A stretch of DNA of 63,925 bases, the filler included, from Kipferlia bialata (Eukaryota), in NCBI GenBank assembly GCA_003568945.1. It is 6 parts of 5 records of this genome, joined end to end, with 100 filler letters (N's around TTAATTAATTAA, not from the genome) between each part and the next. Parts side by side here need not be neighbours in the genome. Positions count along the whole stretch, not along the records: positions 8,364 to 15,654 come from BDIP01000401.1; positions 15,755 to 29,677 come from BDIP01000402.1; 4 more parts are not named here. One strand, written 5' to 3'. The notes under the pieces are model-generated. The model did no database searches, was not told where the DNA came from, and was given only the letters and a program-made list of their open reading frames with translations. Below are positions 12,769-25,400 of this stretch, piece by piece. Position 1 is the first letter of the stretch; every line of letters starts with the position of its first letter. A program made the position numbers and the translations under genes.

Positions 12769-13235
12769 CCCCCCCCTGTCCCACCCCAGGCGATGCCCTC
12801 CGGTCCCCCTCTATGCTGTCTGCCCAGCTGACCAAGAAGCACACCCTCGGCCTCTCCTCCCACTCCCAGAGGCACAGGCACAGCTCCTCCCCGACCCCCC
12901 TTCCCAAGGCATCAGCCGTGAAGCCGGGCAGGGACGCGAGGGAGGTGGAGAGAGAGAGAGAGAGGGACAGGGTGCGTGACATGTTCATGGCCCAGGAGAG
13001 GGAGAGAGAGAGCGCCCGCCTCCTGGCCACCGACACCACCGTCCCCTCCTCCTTCCAGTCCTACCTGTCCAGTGTGGGTGGGTCCCCGGCCTCCCTCAGG
13101 GCCAATAGCGGGACAGGGCACAGGGGGTCGGTGGCAGGGAGGCCCTCCCAGTTCAGGCCCTCCGCCTCTGGCCGCAGGACCAGCCTCCACTCCTCCATCA
13201 AGGTCAACAAGAGGGGGCAGGGGTTCGACTTCTAG
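11190..13235 (+). CDS. Hypothetical protein: N-terminal coiled coil plus Ser/Pro/Arg-rich low-complexity region
   Basis: ATG 11190; exon from ~11324 WIRNLENERRQAILRLRGVSSKVQGLKELQKVMRRQVVNLRAKERELI; several CCCCAG acceptors; last exon ends KRGQGFDF* at 13235. Confidence 0.6.
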
Positions 13236-13828
13236 CCCCGCTCTCCGAGTGTGTGTCTTATGCTCCTGGGGTGGTAGCTATCTTACCGTCCCCTACCCAA
13301 GCCTGTGTTTGTCGCCCTGACCCTGCACCCTTAATTAGTGTAGGGCAGTGTCTGAGAGGTGTTTCCTTCTCGCCCTTGTGCCTGGTGTCGATTGTACTGT
13401 ATGTGTCCGTTAGTGTGTCCGTGTCCGCCCCTCTATCTCTATTCATTAGAGGATAGAGGGAGCCCAGTGTGTGAATGATGTATTACAAACTTAAAACTTA
13501 AAGAAAATCAATTAGCCTATAAATGATAGGACTCATTTGTTCGGTAGTGGTTGTATATGTGTTGTGTAAATGTTTATAGATGACTTGTCGCACTGTCATG
13601 GTCCATTAGACTGTATTATGAGTGTGGCTCCAACATAAGGGTGTGGGAACGTGACAAAAACCACTGTGACTCTCTACCCATTCTACCATTACCCTTCCAC
13701 TCAGACTGCCTATCTCCCTTGCCACACCGTGTGTAGCTAGTCCTCTGGGTCTCTGTCTGTCCTTCCCCTGTTTCCGCCTTGACTGGTGGTTGTTTGTGGA
13801 TAACCACCAGCCCTACACGGACACCCCC

Positions 13829-14079
13829 CATGCCCTGCCATGAGTCAGGACGGGTGCCCTGGGGTGTCCTCTGTCAATGGCTGTGTCTGCTGTCGCTGCT
13901 GTGCATTGTGAGGGGGGGTGACTTTGACCCTGCCATGGTATGGTGCCAGTGCATATATACCAGTCTATATATATACACATTGATACAATTCTATGTGACC
14001 AGGTACCTGGGTTAGTCTTCCAGGGACTACTATGTTATCCATGTCTAGCCACGGTCATGTGAACTCTGGGACATATGTC

Positions 14080-14116
<37 letters not shown>

Positions 14117-15360
14117 CAGGACTACACTCTCTCGGACACATGGCCTGAGACTGATTCGGTCACTGCAGGCACCACCGTCACATTCACACTCTCAGACACA
14201 CAGGTACTGATACTGATACTGATACTGATACTCTCTCAGACACCCAGGTACAGCGTCAGCCTCTGACAGAGGTGTATTCTCCGGTGCTGCATTGTTTGGA
14301 AGGTCTATCCCCTGTCTCCCTGGCCACTGTATGTCCATTGTCTTACCCAAGGACTCCTATGGTGGGGCAGGTTCCATATCAGCATGCTCCTATGTTCTGG
14401 AGTGGATAGGTTAGTAGAGTGGAGTGGTGGATGACTGTAGTATACTCTTGCTGAATATGTATGTATATTGCCCTGAGGTACTGTCCCAAATGTCTCCTCT
14501 CTCCAGGGTTTAGTCACTGTATGTAATTAGCAGTTTATGTTTAGAGTTGAAGTGTTGTCACTGTCTTCCCCTATCCCTCCCCCACCCTCAGGCCAGTCCC
14601 TGAGTGGCTTCTGTTCCACGAACTACTCCCCCTCATTCACAATGACACAGGTACTTGGATGTTAATGCATATAATATATGTAGTATATATATCATATATA
14701 TACATGCCATTCACAATGATACTGGCACTCATATAATCTCTCTTTTTGTCTGTGGCATTGTTAGTGAGTCAGGACAGGGAGTACCCTCCGGCGTGTCTCC
14801 CCTTCATGATACATTTACTCACATCGACTATATACTACACTTTACATTAGACCTATCCTCACATTCAGGCTGGATCTGGTTCCTTGCGACTATTCTACGT
14901 CCCAGCCAATGGTAAGTTTACGGGGTACCTGCAGCTACTGTCACCCATTGATATATATCCACCCCATATTCTTCTCTCATCATCCCCCCCCTCTCTCTAT
15001 ACTCCTTATCAACCCTAACCTCCCTCACCCTCAGCTGCCATGACCGAGCTGTGGTCTGTCTCCGATGCCTCGGTTGTGGCTGGGGACCCCGACCCCTTGG
15101 CAGACACTGTGACAGTCAGCCCAACCACACAGCTAGTGTACACGGCAGGTGGGGGGGATGTGTGTTATTACACGGAGAGAGGGAGGGATATGTGAATGGG
15201 ATAGTGGATGTGTATAGAAAAACCCACTTTGCACCTCTCAACCTACCCTCACCACCAGGCGCCTCTCTCTCCTTTACTGTATCCACCACAGATGAGTATG
15301 GGAATGTAATGGCATTCCCCGACTGCCCTTATAGTGCCACCTGGCTGGATGAGGTATGGG

Positions 15361-15398
<38 letters not shown>

Positions 15399-15484
15399 CC
15401 CCCCACCCCAGTCTGCCTCTGTCTCCTGTGACTCTACAGAGGTTGTGGTGTCGCTGACCCTGGCCGGAACAGCACAGCCGACAG
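13829..15484 (+). CDS. 5' part of a putative secreted/surface protein with Ig-like segments (truncated at contig end)
   Basis: Hydrophobic leader WGVLCQWLCLLSLLCIVRG; exons DYTLSDTWPETDSVTAGTTVTFTLSD and ASLSFTVSTTDEYGN..YSATW resemble the (T/S)AG.SV..T..D.YGN repeats of the giant gene downstream. Some exon phases not resolved. Confidence 0.5.
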
Positions 15485-15654
15485 GTACGGATTTCGGATA
15501 CATGTGGTAGTAGACTTATAGAGACGACTATTCATTATTGAGATAATGTATCTTTAATGATTATTGATGGCCTTGGGCAGCACGTCTACGGATGTGATAT
15601 ATGAGGAAGGGGGGGGGGGGGGGGGGGTTTTGGGGGGGGGCGCAAGATATATTG

Positions 15655-15754
15655 NNNNNNNNNNNNNNNNNNNNNNNNNNNNNNNNNNNNNNNNNNNNTT
15701 AATTAATTAANNNNNNNNNNNNNNNNNNNNNNNNNNNNNNNNNNNNNNNNNNNN
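15655..15754. other. Artificial contig-joining linker
   Basis: N44-TTAATTAATTAA-N44. Confidence 0.97.
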
Positions 15755-15836
15755 AACGCCCCGCTCGGTACGGCCCCCCCCCCCCCCCCCCCTCTCTCTC
15801 TCTCTCTATGTATATATCTCTGGACTTACCTATCAG

Positions 15837-16063
15837 GCCAGTTCAACTTCATCCTTGTCGTGGGAGAGACTGAGCTCGAGTCCAACAGCGTCAACATCCG
15901 CACCAGGTACACACCACTCTCTCACTCCCCCTCTCTCTCATGTGTATATATTAGTGTGTATACACTTACACCCAGGGACAACGAGGTGCTCGGCATGGTC
16001 AAGGTCAGCGACCTGCTGACCCAGTGGGCTGAGTACACCAAGGAGCACACCAGGCTGGTCTAA
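15837..16063 (+). CDS. TARS: Threonyl-tRNA synthetase, last two exons (anticodon-binding domain)
   Basis: Exons 15837-15907 and 15976-16063 give QFNFILVVGETELESNSVNIRTRDNEVLGMVKVSDLL, matching the eukaryotic ThrRS C-terminal QYNFILVVGEKE....VNVRTRDN. Confidence 0.88.
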
Positions 16064-16438
16064 AGGGGCTAGAGTGAGTGTATGACTCATACTCTGTATG
16101 AGAAAGAGAAGCACAAGCCGGTGCAGTACACACTTTGAGAGTGTACGGCAAGAAGAATGATTGGAAGTAGAATTATCGGGTTATGAAGTTGCCATTGTTC
16201 CACACTTTGCATCAAAGAAGAGTGACTCTGTATGAGGCTGCTCTATGTAGACATAATATGATATGTACATATTTGTTTTGAGAACTCTATTGAAGTCAAC
16301 GAAACGACAATGCAAAAGGGTGTAGTTCAAGATTGCCAAAAACTCTGTGTCAAACCGAAGTGATTCACAGCACTCTCTCGTTTGCCATCTCAACACAAGC
16401 CAGCACTCCTTCACAAACCGGCTTATACCATCGTCTAG

Positions 16439-19400
16439 ATGCGAAGGTGTATACTGGTGGTTGTGCTGCTGCTTTCGGTTGCATTTGCTGCTGAACTAGG
16501 CTTAGAGGCACAGATTAAGGTACATACATCATCAAACATGGTAACATCATATCTAGCCTCTCATACCGCACCCCTCCCTCTCCCTCCTTCGCTCACCCTC
16601 TAGGGCACCTCTCTGTACAGCTATGTGACGACTGAGCCCATCATGCTTGGCACGTCCCACATCCACTTCACCCCATTCGGTACGGTCAATCTTTGTCTCT
16701 ATCTGGATCAGACCCCATTCATATCTCTCCCTGGCCCCCTACCTACACCCCCTAAGTTACAGTTTAGTATATACTATCCAGTGGGTATCAGTGGGGGGTT
16801 ACCCCAGCCTGTCGCATCTCAGATACATACTTGTCATGCTGGCCACTATCTCACCCTCTATGAACCCTTATGTTACAACGACAGTTTTTTGGTCATTTCG
16901 AAAAGTTAACAAGTCATTTGGAAAATTCATCGTTTGTGATGTTCTTTCTCTACTTCGGGCTAGTATTCAATAACAACGCCTAGGGGATGTTATCTGTACC
17001 TGTGTTCTTACTGTATAACCGTAACAGTCCCTCATACCAGTCGAGGTCACCGATGGTGATGACGTGATGGCCTCTCCTGACGACCATGCCTTCAGTGTGG
17101 TGTGGGATGGGACTGAGTACGCATCACAGTGGGAGGAGACGCTCCAGGTAGTGTGTAAATGTGTGTATACAGGCTATCATGTTGATGTCACTGTATGCAT
17201 ACATATCATGTATATATCCTCAGTGGGAAGAGACACTACAGGTAGTGTGTTATTACTACCATACTGATGTCACTGTAAAGATACATGTATATTCTTTCAG
17301 TGGGAAGAGACACTCCAGGTAGAGGGCACATGTATATCATACGCGTGACACTCTCTCTATGTGTGGCAATACTCACCCCTCAGCTGTTTGCCGTCACTGG
17401 CATCGACCCTGGCACCTCCTTTAGAGCCTCTGTCCCCTACTCTGTGCTGGTCAAGTCCCTCGATAACGGCACCACCCTCCAGACCATCAACTGTCAGGTA
17501 TAGGGGTAACCCAATTGTGTGAGTATATTGAGAACATAAGTGTGGTTCTGATAGTGTATGTCTGACACTTTGTGTACTGACACTCACCCCAGGCCGTCGT
17601 GAGTGAGGCTGTCCACCCCCTTGGCAAGGAGTACCTGCTCTACTCTCCTGAGTACGACCCCGATACTGACACCGGGGGGCTTCTCGATGAGTACGGTTCT
17701 GCTGTAGCAGTCTACGGGGACTGGATGGTACGTTGTTACGGCTGTCTCTCCCCACCTATAGTAGTGTCTGTATGCATTCCTGTCCCTCTATATACATCTC
17801 ACTCCAGGCTGTTGGCGCCCCTCTCTACTCCTCCGACTCTGCCGACAACCACAGTGGCACTGTCTACATCTACCGCAGAGTCAATGCCATCTGGAGTCTG
17901 CACCAGACCCTCGAGGGCTACAACCTCACCAACGAGGAGTTCGGCCATGCCGTCAGTATGTGGGACGGCCTGCTTGCCGTGTCCTCCAGTGGGACTGGCG
18001 CTATCAAGCCTGCCTCCACCTATGCTGGCAACGTCCACGTGTACCAGCTGACCAACCCCTCCACCGACGTCTACACCTGGAGCCTCGTCTCTGTCGTCTC
18101 TGCCACTGAGGCCGACTCCAACTATGGCTACAGCATCGCTGTGTCTGAGTACCACGTCGCTGTCGGCGCCTATGGACAGAGCCCCAACGGCGCCGTCTTC
18201 CTCTACCCCATCCTCGGCGGAGGCTCCTCCCTAGGCACTGCCACCGTCCTCTCTGCCCCAGACGGCAACACCATCTTCGGCGCCTGTGTCGACCTCGACA
18301 GACACCGCCTGGCCGTCCTCTCTATCGGGCCAGACCCCTATCAGTTTGGCTTCCTCTACCAGTACGACTCGGTCGGGGGTACCTGGTCCTCTGGTATGCA
18401 GATAGATGGGTCGGGTTACACCGGGAACGATCTCGAAGGCCACGGGTCGTTCGTCGGCCATTCTGTGGCCGTGGCTGGTAGCTATGCCTTCTTCACTGTG
18501 TCGGGTATCACTGAGGACACCAAGGCCAGTTCCGACGCCTTCTACGTCCCTCTCAACGAGGATCCAGAGACTGGTGAGGTGGTGTCTCTGTCAGACACCA
18601 AGAAGGTTGGGTGGTCCACTGGAGGGGGGAACGTCGAGTACGGGCACATGGTCCTTGTCGCCAACTACGACGGTGAGCGTGTTCGGATTGCCTTCGCCAT
18701 TCCCAATATAGGCAAGGTTATGTCGCTGGATATGCCTATCGAGGGAGTCACTTACGAGACTGGGTCCATTGATAGTGCTAACCTCTTCAGCAGCTCGAAG
18801 GGCAGTCACAATTGGAATTATGGGCAAGGTCTTGCCCTCTCGGCCGATACTCTTGTGACGGGTTCCGGCATCGACACTGACGCCTCGTCTCCTACGGGAG
18901 ACAATCAGCTGTCAGTGTTTGGTCCGGATGGGTACGGTCTCCGCCTTCAGTCCTCTCCCCCTCCAGTTCAGTATGGTGCCAACCCTGTTGGTGTCGTTCA
19001 TGACGTCGTGGTGCTAGGTGACGACGGTCTCCCCTGCGACGGCACAGAGAGTACCATTCAGTACCGCGAGGTGGATGGGGGTAATCTCTCCTACTTTGAG
19101 TCTGCAGATGACCTCTTCAACAGCAAGAGTGACTTTGAGGTCACGAACCGTGACGCCGAGATCTACGCGGTCCTGAAGAACTACGCCCAGTACGACACCT
19201 GCCACTTTAACCCCAAGTCTCCGTTCAGTACGCCGTTGTGGTTTTACCGTAGTTGTGCAGACTACGTGACCTATGTCTCAGGAGTAGAGATCATATCACT
19301 CAGCATGTCTCCACGCAACATGCTCGAGGCACAGACTGGTGTATACTTCACCCTTGATGATTATGTGACTGGCATCGTCACTGGAGACGATGTGTCTACG

Positions 19401-22400
19401 GTTACAGCCTGTTTCAGTCGTGATGGTACATTTGTGGCCGCCACCTGGGACGCCACTACCCAAGTCTTCTCTGCTCCTCTTGCTGCTCCAGGTGGGCAGA
19501 GCAACGCCTACACTCTCTGGGCACTTGTCGACGGTGTTCAGGTTACTAGCCCTATTGCTGTAACTGGCACCGCTGACCACATTGCCGTGTCCACCACCGA
19601 GTTCGTAGCTGGTGAGGTGGAGGAGCTGGGGATCGCTGTAGAGGACAGCTGGGGCTCCGTGATATACATTGACACGTGCACTGTGACCGTTGACTACGAG
19701 TCAGCGACAGGGGCTGGTATCACTACCGCAACAGCCATCTGGCGCCCTGCTATCAGCAGTTATGTCGCTGATGTCACGTTCACCGATACTGCTGTCGACA
19801 CTCTCAGTGTCGATGTCAAGGACTGCCTTGATTCAATGGACCTAGTTCAGGCCATTACTGTCTCCCCCGGCGAGCTCTCTACACCTTCCACCCTCGAGAG
19901 CTCCCGCTACCTCACCGGTGGCAGCCGTACTGTGACTGTCAATCCCATCGATGCATTTGGCAATGCGTTGAAGACGGATCACTCTTACTATGGTTGCCTC
20001 TCCGACACTGTGCCCTGTGCGCAGCCTCTGCTGTGGAACAGTTACACGATGCAGTACCACAACGACATCCAGGCCCCTGCCACCGAGGGGTCAGACACCT
20101 ACACCATCTACGCCTCCTCCACAGAGACCACTGGTATCTTCTCCGCCTCCATCTCCTTCGTAGATACCCCTCCTGCCCTCCACTCTGTATCTGCAGAGCC
20201 TGTGGTTGTGGGAGACACCATCATGCGGTTCTCTCTCTATGGTGAGTATCTATCATCGTCACTTGGTGCTTGTATGTACTATGTTCTCTAACCCCCAGAT
20301 GATGAGGGATATGTGTGGACCCCTTCCTCTGGGCAGGTGCTGCGTGTACAGTGGGACTCCGATGGTACCACCACTGCATCTGCTGAGTGGGCAGAGACCC
20401 TGCAGCTCTGGATCACTACCGAGGCGATCGAGGCTGCCACAGAGCCAGCTATATCGCGTGGCTTCAGCGTCATTGTGGAGGACGCAGGTGGTGCTGAGGT
20501 GCAGTCCGTGGCTTGCACTACCATGGTGCCCCCCACCCCCACCCCTTTCTCCAGAGAGGCTGTCATCACCAACCCCGTCTTTGACAAGGATGCGGCTGCC
20601 CTGGAAGACGGCTTCGGATCTGAGATAGCCGTGTATGGGGACTGGATGGTGGTACCTGCCTCTTACTACCGGGGAAGCTCTGACACCTTCCTTGGCCGTG
20701 CCTACGTGTACAAGCGCGTCAGTGGGGTATGGGTACTCACCCAGACACTCGAGGCCCCGACCCTGGGAGGCACAGCAGTGGTGTCCGAGGATAACGCCCT
20801 CGGACAGACTGTTGCCATGAACTCGTCCCTGCTTGTACTCTCTGTCACTGCCGATAATGACGATGAGACATTCTACTACATGGCCGTCTACTCCCTCTCC
20901 AACGATGTTTGGACCTACACCTCCTACCTGGAACCCGAGAGTGATATGCAGAACTCATATGGTGCTGTGGTTACCATGAATGAATCCTTCCTTGTTGTGT
21001 CTGCTCCCGAGGCAGTTGACAGCGTCATTGGTCGGGCATACGTCTATCCCATATCTGGTGGGGTTATAGGAACTGCGGACATCATCAGTTACGATACTGG
21101 CACGTACCTTCTGTCCAATGGCAGTGTGCTCTGTGGCAACAGACTCTTCTTGGGGATGCTCGATGTCGACAATGGATCTATTTCCCCAGGCTTCATGGTA
21201 TACAACTACTTCGACGGGGCTTGGGTCCATGGTGGCACCTACACTATCCCTACCTACCAGTTCTCGTTCAGAGCCGTCATGTCTGCCACACCTTCTGGTG
21301 ACGTGCTGACCTACGTTGCATTGTCTGCCGACGGCGATGATGAGCACGCCAACCGGTACAATGTTCTGGTCTTCTCAGAGACTGTAACTGACGGGGTCTC
21401 TAGCTTCTCCCAGACAGCCTCTGTTGAGCTGATGGACCGTGGGGGCAGTACGGCCTTTATTATACTCGAAATGGCAGTGTCTCTTGACTGGGCGTCCGAG
21501 TCTCGTCTGCGGGTGGCTGTTGGACAGACAGACATCGGTGTCACTGTATACGAGGCTGACTACGCCGCATCTGCTACCCCTACCCTCTCCCCAGTGGCAG
21601 AGTTCTCTTCTGGCTCGGCCACAGACTCTGACTTTGGTTGCAGTGTATTGCTGGACGGGGACACACTGTACATCGGCTCCGTGTCCAGCGCATTCTCCAT
21701 CTTTGAGCCCAGTGGCTACACCACATGGGTAAGCGCTATCCCCGAGGTTGGCGAGATCACCCATGCTGCCGGTACCGTGATATCTGGCGTTGTCGGCCCA
21801 GACGGGACTGCTGAGACCGATGCAACTGTCGTGTACCTGACAGGTGCTGGTTCAGGTGCGGCTCTGACTGTGGTAGATACCACCTACAGTGCCGGTGACG
21901 CTGGATACACCAACGACTCCTCCTTCACTGTGACAGAGACCTCGGAGCAGTACGTGCGGAGCAAGGTGTTCGATAGCTGCGCCCCAGCTAGACCCTACTC
22001 AACTGTGTCCAAGGACACCTGTATGTACCACTACGACTACCAGCCACTGGCCCCTCTGAGTGAGGCCCTTATGCCCCTCTCTATGGTGGTCACAGACACA
22101 CAGGTGGTGTTCACTGTCGTCACAGGCAGTGAGGACCCCATCACCAGTGTACTGGTTCAGTGGAGCACCTCCTCAGACGCTAAGGTTGCTGCTACATGGT
22201 CCACCGAGCTAGAGGCCTACACGGTGACCCTCGCTGCCCCAGCCTCCGTCGGCACCTTGACCCTAGACTCCCTAGTGAATGGAGACCTCGAGATCAGTGG
22301 TGACGTCCTGGTGACAGGGATGCCAGCCACCACTTCCACAGTGCTCCCCAACCCTGCCTCTGTCACAGCTGGGGTGGCTGCTACAGTGACTGCCACGCTG

Positions 22401-25400
22401 ATGGATGCAGACTCCACAGTGGTGTCTGCCCTCTCCTGCTCTGTCTCCATAGGGTACGAGACCACTCTTGGTGGGGGAGAGACCTTCTCCGACGCTGTCC
22501 TGGACCCTTCCACTTCTACCTGGTCTGCCAGTCTCACCTTTGAGGACGCTGCCGTCACCTCCTACACGTTCTATGCCAGTGGCTGTGGCCTATCCTCGAG
22601 GACTACTCTGGACACCGCCTCTGTCTCTGTGGCCCCTGGTACCATGGCCTCTCCCTCCACCCTCGCATCCACAGAGTACATAGTGGAGATGGGCGGAGAT
22701 GTATCTATCAGCCCCCTCGACGCATACGGCAATGCCATCACCGTAGAGCCCAGTGAGACCTGGTATGCCTGTGTCTCACCCACCGCTCCCTGCTCTGATG
22801 CGCTGACTTGGGATGATTCATCCAGTACATACACTACATCCATTACTGCACCCGCCACTGAGGGCCCAGGCTCTCTGGCCTTCTACACCTCTCCCACTGC
22901 GACAGAGGCTGTCTTCACCGAGACCCTCACCTTCATGCCCGTCCCTGCTGTTAGTTATGTCGTGTCTGAGCCCATGGTCGTGGGAGACACGTTCCTCCAC
23001 TTCACAGCCTACGGTACGGTTCCACCCCAGTCTCTCTCACCTACTACCTTCCTTTCCTCCCTCACCCTCCAGACTCCAGCGACAACATCTGGAACACTGA
23101 GTACCCGCATACCCTGGTGGTAGAGTGGCAGAGTGACTCAGTATCCACTGTGTGGAACAGCTCTCTGCAGAGCTGGGTCACTACCCAGCCCCTGACTGCC
23201 CCTACCACCTTCTCTGCTAGTGCATCATACACTGTGTCTCGACAGACTAGTGGAGGGGAGGAGAAGCAGAGCCTGGGGGCCACAGTGCTAGTCGCTGCCC
23301 ATGCCACTCCCTTCTCCAAGGAGGCCTTGGTACCCCTTCCTGCATATGCTCTGGATCAGCAGAGTGATACTGCCACAATTGCAATGGACGGGGAGTGGAT
23401 GGTGGTTGGCGAGCCGATGTTCTCTACCGCCGATCTCTCTGAGGTCGGTGTCGTCCACCTATACCGCTCTGTCAACGGTGTCTGGGTCCTCCAGGGGAGT
23501 GCAGAGGGCACTGCCGCTCTTGGCCACTTTGGCCAGGCGATCTCTATGCACGATGGACTGCTAGCCGTTGCAGCCCCTGAGGCTAGCTGGAACGACGGCT
23601 CTACCACATACATTGGAGAGGTGACCGTCTTCCGTCTTACTGGCAGCACTTGGGTGTATCAGGAGATCTTCAATGCGTCTGTGGGAGGGGACGTGGGGTA
23701 TGGAGACGCTGTCGCCATTAATGCCGACCACCTGGTCGTAGGTGCCACGGAGCAGACAGCCAATGGCACAATCTACATGTACGCCATCCCTGCTGCGGGT
23801 GAGGCTATCCCACTGTCTCCAGTTATGATGGTGTCGATGGGTAGCACTGGCCTGACATCCTTTGGAGGCTCCATCTCCCTCGATGGAGACCGTCTAGCTG
23901 TGGTGGGAGACGGCCCTGACACCGCCCTGACCTCTGCGTCCTTCTGGGAGTATGCTGATGGGTCTTGGGGGATGGATACCCCTCTGTCTGCAAGGATCAT
24001 AACAGGGCCAAAGCAGGTCTCTCTCGATGGGGACCGTATGGCGATCAGTGGAATGGAGACTGCCATCACTGATCCAGTCCAGTCCAATGTCGGTGTGGTT
24101 AGGCTCTTCCAGGAGACCTCTCCTGGTGTGTGGGTGGATAATGGGGAGATCGAAGGGATTGGCGCCGATGACTTCTTCGGGTCCTCTATCTCTCTATACA
24201 ACTCGGATTACATCACAAGAGTCGCTGTTACTACACAGAGCACCTACGAGGTGACTATATACGAGAGAGACAACCGTGTGCCTAGAGCTGACTTCGAGGA
24301 GGTGTTCAAGGGTAGTCACACTACCCCTGATCCATCGACAGCTCAGTTTGGTGTTGGACTTGTCCTGACGGAGGACACTCTGGCTGTTGCTACCTCAACT
24401 GGCGGTGTGTCTGTCTTTGGACCCAGTGGATACAGCACCTCTATCCAGACCCCTGCCTCCACCGCCAAGGTCGCTGACAACCCCATTGCCTCCATGGCTT
24501 CCACTATCCTAGGCGTCAACGGAGTGGCAGACGGGAAGGCAACAGTGGTGTTTGGGACAAGGACCTCTGCCGCAGGGGCACCCACTGAGGTTGCCTCTAC
24601 CTACGCTGGTGGGTCCTACAGCAACACTGATGTCCTCACTGTTGCTGGTACCACCTCCGTTGCCTACGTCTCTGCTAGGACTGAGTCTGATACCTGCCAC
24701 CCTCGCCCCAAGTCCCCTATTGACGTGGACACCTGCATGTACTACTCTGCCGAGCAGTCCCTGACCGTACTCTATGCCACGTCAGTCTCAGTCAACAACA
24801 TGGACGAGGCCGACACCACAGTGGTCTTCACCCTCGAGAACAACGAGGGAGACGCCATGGAGGGTAGCACTGCTGGGGTGGTTAAGGCAAAGTGGAGCAC
24901 AGACTCCACATACACCTCTGCAACCTGGAGTGATGCACTCAGTGCATTCACTGTCACCCTTTCTGCTCCGGGTGTTGTGGGTTCCTACACGGTCGATGTT
25001 ACAGTGGATGGCGTGGAACTGAGTGACACTATATCTGTCACTGGACCCCCCACCTCCAACAGCACCATCTCTCCTTCCCCTGTCACTGCCACAGCTGGTG
25101 TGGTGTCTGATCTCACAGTGACACTCAAGGACAGCGGTAGCAACACCATCGCCTCCAGTGAGTGCACTGTGACCCTCAGCTATGAGAAGGCCCTTGGTCA
25201 GGGTGTGTTTACAGTGACCGGCACCTTCAACGAGGGGGACTCCACATGGACTCTGGCCCCTACCTTCGAGGATATCGATGTCAACTCGTGCACCGTTGAT
25301 GTCGTGGGGTGTGGCCTGGCCACCAAGACCACCCTCATCACACCCACTGTTACTGTGTCACCTGGTATTGTGGCATCCCCATCCACTCTCGATACCACCT

